NCBI GenBank assembly: GCA_015486185.1
Contig: WFSC01000449.1
Location: 1-45,447 of the forward strand
Origin: Bacteroidales bacterium
GTDB taxonomy: Bacteria; Bacteroidota; Bacteroidia; Bacteroidales; VadinHA17
Direction: 5' to 3'
DNA: 45,447 nt
Position numbers and translations under genes: made by a program. The notes beneath the pieces are model-generated. The model was given only the letters and a program-made list of their open reading frames with translations, made no database searches and was not told the origin of the DNA. This document shows, one piece after another, positions 25,933-35,234 of this stretch (within the stretch, counting starts at the first letter, position 1; each line of letters opens with the position of its first letter).

Positions 25933-28900
25933 TTATTTTTTCACAAAGGGCACCGCGATCTTTTCCCGGTCATTATACAGCAAAAGCAGATAGGTTCCGG
26001 GAGACAGCGACGAAACGGAGATGCCGGCTGTCTGGTTTCCGCTACTAATGACCTGTTGTCTTTGCAACACGACTCTCCCGTTCATGTCCATCACAGCCAT
26101 ATCCAGGGGTTGTCGTAATTTCGGGGAAGATAAACGCACAAACAGAAAATCACGTACCGGATTGGGCCACACTGTCACAGCAGAGATATTGCGAATATCT
26201 TTTTTCTCCTGTATTTTATTATATAATGAGGCAATGAGGGTATCATTGCTCACCACAGCATCACCCGGTACCGTAACATAAACGATGATCAGATAATTGC
26301 CTGTATCGGCCATATTCTCCTGCCGGGAGAAATAAAAACGTGCTGTATCACCGGCATGTACAACCGTATCAAATGCCTGGGTAACCACCTGGGCATCATT
26401 GATACGATAATGCAACGGAAAAGAATCCACCGCCCCCGAGCTGGCATTTATCAACTGTACGCCAATATGTTCAAAAGCACCATATGCAGAATCAACGGAG
26501 GGAGACACCAGCGAATCCAGCACAATATCCACTGTTCCCTCATGGATAATATCGGTAGCCAGTCCATCATTAATAGGTACCTGATCGTTATCAAGTTTTG
26601 TAGTCACAAAAAGATGATAGGTTTTAAGTACCGACAGATCCAGGCGGGTGGCAAACGTAAAATGCGCCGTATCGCCTGAAGCCAGCAGACTGGTAAGGGT
26701 ATCCCTGACAGGCGGGTTATTATTTAAACGGTAAAGAAGCGGTATCCGGGACAGGTCATCCGAGCCATAGTTTTTTACCACTATGGTCAACGGTTCATCC
26801 CCGCCCAGGTCAGGTCCGGACTTAGGAAAAACAATACCGCTTACTCCCGCATTAATGTTACTAAAACTAAATCTGGGAAAAACAATATAGTCGATCCATG
26901 CACGATCCAGTCCCTTTGACGTGTTAGAATCCTTGATATATCTCCATGCAAGGGTATGAGAACCCGAATCCACCGGAAAGCTGGCATAACGCCAGGGTAA
27001 CTCACCCGACCATTTATCTTTAACAGAATCGCCAGGATTCATATCCACCCCGTCAATATAAAATTTCAGTATATCCCAGTCCTTTTCCGAAGAAACCCTG
27101 TAATAAAAGGAAACCGAATCATCCTGAGGGGTTTCCATCTGTATTGAAAGTGAAGATTGTTCATTATCACTTATCGCACCGGAAACAGCGGAAAACATTC
27201 CATGCCAGGCATCCTCGCCGGTAATTACCCAGGGATGAACACTATCATTATGCCATGGGAATCCTTCAAAGTTCCCGGATTCAAAATCTTCGTATGTCAA
27301 TCCAACGGGCATGGTAAAAGTATCCGCTGCCATATAGGGTCCATCATGTGCCATAGTTTCGATCAATAACGTACTACCGTAAGGAGCGGATGAATCAATG
27401 GTTGCCGTAAACGGGACCGTCGCCACGTCCATAGTATCTATGGTACCGGCAAATACAGAATCCTGATAATGGTTCACCAAAGAATCCGTCAGGGCAAGAT
27501 GAACCCAGACATTATGCGCAACGCCATGCCCCCGGTTGAACACCTGCAATGAAAAAAGTACCGGTTCACCGGGTTCCAGCCGTGAATTCCCGTTTCCCTT
27601 TTTCTTATCATCCACCGTCAGTCTTCCGGTCTTCAATACCGGAGCATAAAGCATGATAGAAAAATAAGAGTTCCACTGATGGCTTGCATTATCTGTCAAT
27701 TTTACCCTGAAGGCAGTCATTTGCTGATCCGGCACACTATCCTCAACATGGATCCTGAAAGCATGTCTTATCAGGGTATCCCTGCCTGGCATGAGCGTAT
27801 CGAATTGCATCAAAGTATCCAGGATATCAACCAGGTTACTGTATCCGGATAAAATAGCCGTTAAATGACCTGCTCCGTTTCCTCCTTCATTTTTTACCAG
27901 GACATCCAGATAAAAGGTATCTCCGTTATCAGCCAGTCCATTGGCATCGGAAGCTGAATCATCAAGTGTTACCTCCTGAACTTGTAACCAGGGATCGCTA
28001 TTCCCAATGACCATTATGGTATCTATAACCGGAATGCGGTTTTGTCTGGTGCCTGTGATCAACAGGTTTCCGGTATCCTTCAAAGGCGGGAAATGAAGTA
28101 CTGCATTGCCGGAAAGATCAGCCGTTACCGCATCAAGCAATGTATCATGGTATGTCAACCCGATGTAGGTCCCGGGTTCTGCTATCACACTCAGACTGCT
28201 CAGTCCCAATGGAATGGTTTCCGGTACAAGGAGGGTCAGGGGTTCCGGCTCTGACAAATAGACCATGAGGGAAGGATCGCCAAACAAATGATAGATCTCC
28301 CAGTAATAATTGGCTTTTGATGGATTTCCCTGCATCACCGCCAGGTTGCCTGCAAAGATCATTTGGTCCTGGGAAACATACCAGTCGTCCCGGGATTCAC
28401 CATGATCATGGAAAAGACGGTCATACATAGCCAGAGAAGTTTCTTCATAAGACGGATGGGCGACGATGGGCCCTACCCCCACCGCCCAATAATAATCCTC
28501 ATCCCAATATGAATCATTGGTACAACCGATATACCCCATGGCACCTTTTCCGGCAGCACGCATCATAGCCTCGGCAAAACATTCCGGGTTACCGAAAGCA
28601 CCTGTCGAACATCCATTGGTGATAACCAGCGGATATTTATGTGCATTCTCAAGGGTTGCAATGTCTTCCGTCGTGAATGTCGGATCTTCCCACCGGTCCG
28701 GCCGGCCGTGTCCGGTATAGTTTACCAGGGAGGCTCCGTTGCTTATATCCCGGATGATCTGGTTATCACTACTACCGGAAGCAGGATAAAGATAAGTATG
28801 GGAATCATAACCATGTGATGTATTCACATAATTCTCCGTAGCATAATTGATCTGTCCGTTACCCCATACAGATGCAAAGGATCCGTCCACCCCAGCCACC

Positions 28901-30072
28901 ATAACCGCCTCGTTCAGAAAGGAAGGATCCGGAAAAAGATATTGCTCATATTCCAGTGTCTTATTAAGCTGTGGCATCAATTCTCCCGAATCCCGTGCCG
29001 AGAAACGCCCGTAATAGATATCCGGAATATAATCATCCGGTCCGTCATACGTGGCATAGAACAGATCCGTTGTCTGTCCTGAAGATGACGATGGAATCTG
29101 TCCTGTATCACCTACGATCAATAAAAATGTCGGAGCCGGATCGTCAGGAGTAGCCGCATCATACAGACTTTTCAGATAAGCCTTTATACTATCCGCAGTA
29201 GTTCCCACGCCGGGAGATCCCTTATATACCACCATCACCCGGTACCCCTGCTGTGTTTTCCAGCGGATAAAATCCTTCAGACAATATCGGAACATCGAAT
29301 CAGTCAGGATCACATATTTTACCGGCACAGACGATATTCCTTTTGTTTCTGTTGTTTCAGTGGCCAGTATTTTTTCAAAGGTCTGATGAAATACCGGACT
29401 GTATAAACTTTTGCTTTTGTAGCGGTCCGAAGCATCAAAAGGCCGGGTAAAACGAATGGTCAGGATTATATCATCCTTAACATCGAGGATATTATTTACA
29501 GGGTTATAACCAAAAGGCGAAATAGTCAGATAAGCCAGTTCATGACCCCGGAGCATTCCTGCGGTACTTATACGTACCAGGCTGTCCCTGACAAATTCAT
29601 TTCCGGAATAAACGGATCTGTTCATTTTAAAAACGGGAGGCGGACCGTCCGGTCGCTTCATCACAGAACGCTGGGCAGGAAAAAGTTTTCGCCCTCCCTC
29701 CTGCTTTTCCAAGGGTATATGATAGGTCTTCCACGACACTTTTTCAACAAGGGCTTTAGCGCCCGCAGGTATCTCAATCAATTTTCGCAGCACAGGAAGA
29801 TCGGGATATCCTTCATGATAGGAAGAAGTAAGTTCCGTGCGGACAATCCGGAAAAAATTACCGTGCTTATTGGATACTGCCCGCAACGACACACCGGATA
29901 TATGAATATTCAGGATAATATGATCAGGTGTCTTTTCCAGTATTCTGATGCCCTGAGGGGTCTGTTCCCAGAGAAGCTTCTCTTCCGGTTGTGCCAGCCC
30001 GGCAGGTACGGGTACAAAGGACAATAACAGCCCCCACAAAAAAAGGTATGTATATAATACATTTTTGGTCAT
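25933..30072 (-). CDS. C25 (gingipain-like) cysteine peptidase with propeptide, MAM-like and CARDB-like domains, and a T9SS C-terminal sorting domain
   Basis: 1379 aa with a signal peptide. C25 core runs LLIVGDTGQIPS...YYGRFSA...VNYTGHGRPDRWEDP...LVITNGCSTGAFG, giving the catalytic His/Cys context. C-terminal VWPNPVRDFLFVRL...GTYLLLLY matches a T9SS CTD. Confidence 0.85.
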   Translation of the reverse strand: MTKNVLYTYLFLWGLLLSFVPVPAGLAQPEEKLLWEQTPQGIRILEKTPDHIILNIHISGVSLRAVSNKHGNFFRIVRTELTSSYHEGYPDLPVLRKLIEIPAGAKALVEKVSWKTYHIPLEKQEGGRKLFPAQRSVMKRPDGPPPVFKMNRSVYSGNEFVRDSLVRISTAGMLRGHELAYLTISPFGYNPVNNILDVKDDIILTIRFTRPFDASDRYKSKSLYSPVFHQTFEKILATETTETKGISSVPVKYVILTDSMFRYCLKDFIRWKTQQGYRVMVVYKGSPGVGTTADSIKAYLKSLYDAATPDDPAPTFLLIVGDTGQIPSSSSGQTTDLFYATYDGPDDYIPDIYYGRFSARDSGELMPQLNKTLEYEQYLFPDPSFLNEAVMVAGVDGSFASVWGNGQINYATENYVNTSHGYDSHTYLYPASGSSDNQIIRDISNGASLVNYTGHGRPDRWEDPTFTTEDIATLENAHKYPLVITNGCSTGAFGNPECFAEAMMRAAGKGAMGYIGCTNDSYWDEDYYWAVGVGPIVAHPSYEETSLAMYDRLFHDHGESRDDWYVSQDQMIFAGNLAVMQGNPSKANYYWEIYHLFGDPSLMVYLSEPEPLTLLVPETIPLGLSSLSVIAEPGTYIGLTYHDTLLDAVTADLSGNAVLHFPPLKDTGNLLITGTRQNRIPVIDTIMVIGNSDPWLQVQEVTLDDSASDANGLADNGDTFYLDVLVKNEGGNGAGHLTAILSGYSNLVDILDTLMQFDTLMPGRDTLIRHAFRIHVEDSVPDQQMTAFRVKLTDNASHQWNSYFSIMLYAPVLKTGRLTVDDKKKGNGNSRLEPGEPVLFSLQVFNRGHGVAHNVWVHLALTDSLVNHYQDSVFAGTIDTMDVATVPFTATIDSSAPYGSTLLIETMAHDGPYMAADTFTMPVGLTYEDFESGNFEGFPWHNDSVHPWVITGEDAWHGMFSAVSGAISDNEQSSLSIQMETPQDDSVSFYYRVSSEKDWDILKFYIDGVDMNPGDSVKDKWSGELPWRYASFPVDSGSHTLAWRYIKDSNTSKGLDRAWIDYIVFPRFSFSNINAGVSGIVFPKSGPDLGGDEPLTIVVKNYGSDDLSRIPLLYRLNNNPPVRDTLTSLLASGDTAHFTFATRLDLSVLKTYHLFVTTKLDNDQVPINDGLATDIIHEGTVDIVLDSLVSPSVDSAYGAFEHIGVQLINASSGAVDSFPLHYRINDAQVVTQAFDTVVHAGDTARFYFSRQENMADTGNYLIIVYVTVPGDAVVSNDTLIASLYNKIQEKKDIRNISAVTVWPNPVRDFLFVRLSSPKLRQPLDMAVMDMNGRVVLQRQQVISSGNQTAGISVSSLSPGTYLLLLYNDREKIAVPFVKK

Positions 30073-30224
30073 AGGAACAAATAGATACTATCCCACATAT
30101 ATGGAAGACCAGACATGGTGGAAAATGGTTGTATGGTTAAAAAACTTTTCATAAAGATAAGAAAAGTTAATTTTATGATCTCATTCTTTTTTCCTAAATT
30201 TATCCGGAATTATCAAAATTACAT

Positions 30225-33200
30225 ATGAAAAACGGGATTTTAGTCTTTTTATGTATTGTCCTCACCAATATTTCCTTATCCGCTCAGATCAACCGGTATG
30301 GGATCCCTTTTGTAAAGAACATAACCCCGGAGGAAACAAATGCCAGCGAGCAAAACTGGTCGGTTGCTCAGGATCAGAGGGGCATTATTTACGTAGCCAA
30401 CAATGACAACGGGATACTGGAATATGACGGGAATACATGGAGAAAGATCGCCCTGCCCAACAGTCTGCCATTAAGGGATCTGTGTGTGGATGATCAGGGG
30501 ACCGTCTATGCCGGAGGGGATAAGGAATTCGGGTTCCTCGAGCCGGATGCTGCAGGGAACCTGCATTATCATTCACTCGTGAATAAACTGGATTCTGCCG
30601 ACAGACAGTTTAATACTATCTACTACACCTATTTCTGGCGGGGAAATGTTTATTTCGCCACCCAGAATATTATTTTTCAATATTCTCCGGCACTGGATTC
30701 CATCCGGATCTACAAACTTAAAGATGACGGATTCAAATACGGAAACTTCAGTTTTATCTGTAACGACCGTTTTTTCCATGTGGATGCCGCACAGGGTTTG
30801 CTCGAATTTGACGGGCATCATTTCAAGAAAGTGAAGAACGGATCCTTTTTTGCCTACAATAATGTATCGTCCATTCTTTCCATTTTACCTTATTCTTCCA
30901 GTGAACTTCTTATAGCTACTTATAAATCAGGCGTATATAGCTATAACCCCGAGACCGGGTCGATACGGACCAGTATTTTTTCATCCCGGGCCAACGATTA
31001 CCTGAAAAATAAGTGGTTTTATCATGGGCGTATGCTGCCTGACAGTTCCTATGCCATGGCTACTCTTACAGGGGGGCTTGCTATTATTTCCCACGACGGC
31101 ATATTAAAACAGATCATCAAACGGGGAGAAGGTCTGAAAAATGATGCAGCAGTCACCAAGGTTTTCTACAATAAAAAATACCCTGACGTTTCCCAGCTAT
31201 GGATGTCACTGGCTATCGGACTGGCCAATGTTGAATGGTTTTCGCCTTTCCGTTACTTCAGTGAGAATCAGGGATTCAAAGGAACAGTCAATGATATACT
31301 GGTCATAGGAAACAAAATATACCTGGCTACTTCTGCCGGCGTTTTTTACCGCACAAAGAAAAAGGGCATTGCCTCTTTTGAAAGGATTCCCGGCATCAAT
31401 GCCCAGGCCTGGTCTTTCCTGTATTTCAGGGTACCAGGCATCTCTCAGCCACTGTTCTGGGCCGGAACAGAAGAGGGCATTTACCAGATCTCTGATAACG
31501 GAAAAGTCACACTTATCGAAAACCGCTTAAAGAACCTGAAACCCAGAGGTAAAAAGTTTTACGTATTCAAGCTTTATCATTCTTCACATTACCCCAACAA
31601 GGTCTTTATAGGCACCGGGCATGATCTGGCGATACTTATTTACCGGAATCATAACTGGTATGTAGAAGAGGAATTCAAGAACCTGCAGGATGAAGTTCGT
31701 AGCATTACAGAAGATAATAAGGGCAATATCTGGATTTCTCTATCTTTTCAGGGAATAGTCCGGCTACAAAAAAACGGGGAAGGGAAAGACACCCTGATCA
31801 TTTACGGAACTAAAAAAGGTCTTCCTGCAGGAACCGGGAAAACGGTAAATTATATAAATAATAAGATCCTTGTTTATACAGACAAGGGATTATACAGTTA
31901 CAGCGAAGATGCTGACACCCTGATGCCGGATCCTTTTCTTGGCACCGAATATGCAGATGGATCCAGATCTGTCAGGAAGATTTTTTCCCTGGCAGACAGT
32001 ATGTATTTTCTTAATGTTTTATATCCGGATGGAAAATATCATGTTGAAGAAGTGATAAAATCACATAATAAAACCCGGTTGGTCAAAACACCTTTTCTCC
32101 GCCTTCCCAACCAATCGGCATACACTTTTGCCCGGGAAGACAACAGGATCTGGATAGCCATATCCAACAGAATCTACTCATACGACTTCACCTATAAGGA
32201 AAAATATAATATTCCCTTTCATACACTTATCAGAAAGATCAGCATTTCCGGAGACTCCGTTCTTTACGCAGGAGCTTTCTTCCGGGAAGATGGTCAGGGC
32301 ATACGACACTTTTCCACAATACAATCAGGGAACTATCATCCGGAAATAAAATATGCCTTTAATAATATGACTTTTTACTGGGCTTGTCCATTTTTCGAGG
32401 ATCATGAAGGCATCACCTACAGCTTCCGCTTAAGAAATTTCGACAGAAACTGGTCGAGATGGACCAACCGCGTGGAATATCCTTACACCAATATTCCCAG
32501 TGGAGATTATATCTTTGAAGTAAAAGCCCGAAATATTTACGGGCAGGAAAGTACGACCGGATCCTTTTCTTTCACGATATTACCACCCTGGTATTTGACG
32601 GTTTGGGCCTTTCTGCTTTATTTCATACTGGCCCTCTTGCTCATTGTTATTATTGTCAAGTTATATACGCGCCGGCTTCAGCACGAGAAGATCCGGCTTG
32701 AGGAAATCGTCAGGGAGCGTACGGCCGAGGTAGTCAGACAAAAAGAAGAACTCACAGACAGTATCACTTATGCCAGCCGCATCCAGCGGGCCGTACTGCC
32801 CAGTGAAAAATTGCTGAACGAACAATTTCCCGATCATTTTATCCTTTTCAAGCCAAGGGATATTGTCAGTGGGGATTTCTACTGGATGACCAAACAAAAT
32901 GACCAGGTACTGATCACGGCAGCCGATTGTACGGGACATGGCGTTCCCGGTGCCTTTATGAGCCTGCTGGGTATTTCTTTCCTGAATGAAATAGTGAACA
33001 GGTCCGATATACACCAACCCAACCAAATCCTTAATGAACTGCGGGATGAAGTCATGCAATCCCTTAAACAAAAGGGAGAAGAGGGAGAAACCAAGGACGG
33101 TATGGATATGGCCCTGGTCTCCATTGACAAGAAAAATAAAAAGCTTTACTTCTCAGGGGCCTATAACCCACTGTATTTTGTTCGCAAGCTGACCTCTGAA

Positions 33201-33578
33201 GAGAAGAAAAAGATCAAAAGCGGTGAAAAACTTGATTTTGGAAAAGGTTCTCTTTATAATGATCAATACGTGCTGATCCAGATATCTTCGGATAAGATGC
33301 CTATCGGAATATCTGTCAAGGACGAGCAATCTTTCTCACTGCATGAGATCAGCTATTCGCCGGGCGATCGTATTTATATGTCCTCCGATGGTTATATTGA
33401 CCAGTTCGGCGGGCCCGAAGGAAAGAAATATATGTCCAGAAACTTTAAAAAGCTGATCCTTAGCATACAGAAATCCACATTAAAGGAACAGGGGAAATTA
33501 CTGGATGATAATATCATAGCATGGATGGGCGATATTCCCCAGGTGGATGATATCATTGTCATAGGTATTAAGCTGTAA
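30225..33578 (+). CDS. Sensor phosphatase: periplasmic two-component-regulator propeller repeats, Y_Y_Y domain, TM helix, cytoplasmic PP2C/SpoIIE phosphatase
   Basis: 1117 aa. Signal/anchor, repeated propeller-like segments, Y_Y_Y-like YSFRLRNFDRNWSRWT...YPYTNIPSGDYIFEVKARN, TM segment WAFLLYFILALLLIVIIV, then SpoIIE motifs (VSGDFYWM...ADCTGHGVPGAFMS...SSDGYIDQFG). Confidence 0.85.
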   Translation: MKNGILVFLCIVLTNISLSAQINRYGIPFVKNITPEETNASEQNWSVAQDQRGIIYVANNDNGILEYDGNTWRKIALPNSLPLRDLCVDDQGTVYAGGDKEFGFLEPDAAGNLHYHSLVNKLDSADRQFNTIYYTYFWRGNVYFATQNIIFQYSPALDSIRIYKLKDDGFKYGNFSFICNDRFFHVDAAQGLLEFDGHHFKKVKNGSFFAYNNVSSILSILPYSSSELLIATYKSGVYSYNPETGSIRTSIFSSRANDYLKNKWFYHGRMLPDSSYAMATLTGGLAIISHDGILKQIIKRGEGLKNDAAVTKVFYNKKYPDVSQLWMSLAIGLANVEWFSPFRYFSENQGFKGTVNDILVIGNKIYLATSAGVFYRTKKKGIASFERIPGINAQAWSFLYFRVPGISQPLFWAGTEEGIYQISDNGKVTLIENRLKNLKPRGKKFYVFKLYHSSHYPNKVFIGTGHDLAILIYRNHNWYVEEEFKNLQDEVRSITEDNKGNIWISLSFQGIVRLQKNGEGKDTLIIYGTKKGLPAGTGKTVNYINNKILVYTDKGLYSYSEDADTLMPDPFLGTEYADGSRSVRKIFSLADSMYFLNVLYPDGKYHVEEVIKSHNKTRLVKTPFLRLPNQSAYTFAREDNRIWIAISNRIYSYDFTYKEKYNIPFHTLIRKISISGDSVLYAGAFFREDGQGIRHFSTIQSGNYHPEIKYAFNNMTFYWACPFFEDHEGITYSFRLRNFDRNWSRWTNRVEYPYTNIPSGDYIFEVKARNIYGQESTTGSFSFTILPPWYLTVWAFLLYFILALLLIVIIVKLYTRRLQHEKIRLEEIVRERTAEVVRQKEELTDSITYASRIQRAVLPSEKLLNEQFPDHFILFKPRDIVSGDFYWMTKQNDQVLITAADCTGHGVPGAFMSLLGISFLNEIVNRSDIHQPNQILNELRDEVMQSLKQKGEEGETKDGMDMALVSIDKKNKKLYFSGAYNPLYFVRKLTSEEKKKIKSGEKLDFGKGSLYNDQYVLIQISSDKMPIGISVKDEQSFSLHEISYSPGDRIYMSSDGYIDQFGGPEGKKYMSRNFKKLILSIQKSTLKEQGKLLDDNIIAWMGDIPQVDDIIVIGIKL

Positions 33579-33610
33579 CCCCTTTTGTTTACAGGGAAAG
33601 CTTACTTAAA

Positions 33611-34336
33611 ATGAAAGCAGACATCCGAATCGGAACTTCCGGCTGGTACTATGATCATTGGATAGGATCGTTTTATCCTTCCGGCCTCCCAAAAAATAAA
33701 TGGATCTCCTTTTATCAGGAAACATTTGATACGGTAGAAATAAATGCCACCTTTTACAGACATTTTCCCGATTCCACTTTCCTGAATTGGGCCGGAAAAA
33801 CCAATGAAGATTTCCTTTTCGTTTTCAAAGCTCCGCGGATCATCACCCACCGTAAATATTTGAAGAACTGTCAAAAAGACATCCGGGACTTTGAGAGGCA
33901 ATGTTTGCTTATTCAGGAACATTATGGTATGATCCTTCTGCAGCTTCCTCCCGCACTCCACTACGATCCGGATCTCCTGAAGCAAACGCTTGCTTTTTTC
34001 ACACACCCTGAACAGATTGCAGTAGAATTCAGGCACTCCTCCTGGTTCAACCGGGATACGGCTGCTGTTCTTGAAGACTATAATGCCTGTTTATGCAACG
34101 TGGACTCACCTGCTTTGCATGAAATGCAATGGGTCACGGGAGAGAACGCGTACATCCGTCTTCATGGAAGATCACAATGGTACCAGCATAACTATACGGA
34201 AGAAGAACTTCATGAAATAGCCGACCGGGTACATACGTTTGAAGAAAGAGGGGCCAAACGGATTTATATTTTTTTCAATAATGATTTCGGAGGTTATGCT
34301 CCGGCCAATGCTCTAACATTAAAACAGATGTTATAG
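33611..34336 (+). CDS. DUF72 (UPF0759) family protein
   Basis: 241 aa. The N-terminal IRIGTSGWYYDHWIGSFYP and EINATFYR motifs are typical of DUF72. Confidence 0.85.
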   Translation: MKADIRIGTSGWYYDHWIGSFYPSGLPKNKWISFYQETFDTVEINATFYRHFPDSTFLNWAGKTNEDFLFVFKAPRIITHRKYLKNCQKDIRDFERQCLLIQEHYGMILLQLPPALHYDPDLLKQTLAFFTHPEQIAVEFRHSSWFNRDTAAVLEDYNACLCNVDSPALHEMQWVTGENAYIRLHGRSQWYQHNYTEEELHEIADRVHTFEERGAKRIYIFFNNDFGGYAPANALTLKQML

Positions 34337-34343
34337 TTCCAAA

Positions 34344-34376
34344 GAAATAAGCCGTACGCAGGGTACGGCTTATTTC
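34344..34376. terminator. Bidirectional hairpin between convergent genes
   Basis: Perfect 14-bp stem GAAATAAGCCGTAC-gcagg-GTACGGCTTATTTC. The flanking T/A tracts are weak. Confidence 0.6.
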
Positions 34377-34393
34377 TCGTAAACATGTATTTT

Positions 34394-35200
34394 TTATAGT
34401 TCCTTGATCTTGATATTCCGGTACCACACATCATCCCCATGGTCCTGTAAGCCGATATACCCTTCTTCGGCCACATTGGCCCAATCCGGATTATATTTCG
34501 GGAACTTGCTGTGTGCCACCAGTGAATCCCACTCAGGCGTCCATAAATGATACTCCAAAACGGTTTCCCCGTTCATTTTATGAACCACCGTACCGCGGTA
34601 AACAATGATTTCTACCGAATTCCATTGTCCGTAAGGTTTGGCATTTTGTGGATTAGCAGGTATCAGGTCGTATAAGGATCCGGCCTGACGGTCTCCGTTT
34701 TTACCCAGTTTGGCATCGGGATGATTTGCATTATCCAGTACCTGCATTTCCGGGGCGGTCATCCATAACTCGGGTTTTGTCTCTTGTCCCAGATAAAAAA
34801 TACCGGAATTTCCGCCTTTGGAGATCTTCCAATCCAGTTTCAGATCAAAATTTTTGAACTTCTTGTCATAGATGATATCACCTCCCTCTTTGCTTCCTGC
34901 TTCACCTCTGCCGGAACCTTTGCAATGAAGGGTTCCATCCACTACTTCCCAGCCGCTGGGAAAATGATCTTTTTTATAGCCTCGCCACCCGTTGTGCGTC
35001 TTTCCGTCAAACAACAATACCCAGCCTTCTTTTTTTTCTTCCGGGGTCAGGGTATTCGGTGGTACTGACTCTTCCGATGTTTCGGTTACCTTCTCGGATT
35101 TTTCAGTCGTTTTTGACTTCCCTTTATTTCCCGATTTACAACCGGTAAAAGAAATAAAGGAAAATGCAGCAATGAACAACAACAAATATTTCGCTTTCAT
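34394..35200 (-). CDS. DUF1080 (3-keto-disaccharide hydrolase family) lipoprotein
   Basis: 268 aa. Lipobox SFTGC. Motifs GWVLLFDGKTHNGWRGY, GNSGIFY, GYIGLQDHGDDVWYRNIKIKEL. Confidence 0.85.
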   Translation of the reverse strand: MKAKYLLLFIAAFSFISFTGCKSGNKGKSKTTEKSEKVTETSEESVPPNTLTPEEKKEGWVLLFDGKTHNGWRGYKKDHFPSGWEVVDGTLHCKGSGRGEAGSKEGGDIIYDKKFKNFDLKLDWKISKGGNSGIFYLGQETKPELWMTAPEMQVLDNANHPDAKLGKNGDRQAGSLYDLIPANPQNAKPYGQWNSVEIIVYRGTVVHKMNGETVLEYHLWTPEWDSLVAHSKFPKYNPDWANVAEEGYIGLQDHGDDVWYRNIKIKEL

Positions 35201-35234
35201 AATACAATATTATTTTTAATGTTAGACAAAAAGA

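Noticed and set aside
25933-30072. The C25-domain protein could be the T9SS sortase PorU.
   Set aside because: It has a gingipain-type N-terminal propeptide and extra MAM-like and CARDB-like modules, and no adjacent porV. A cargo protease is more consistent. Only a profile search would settle this.
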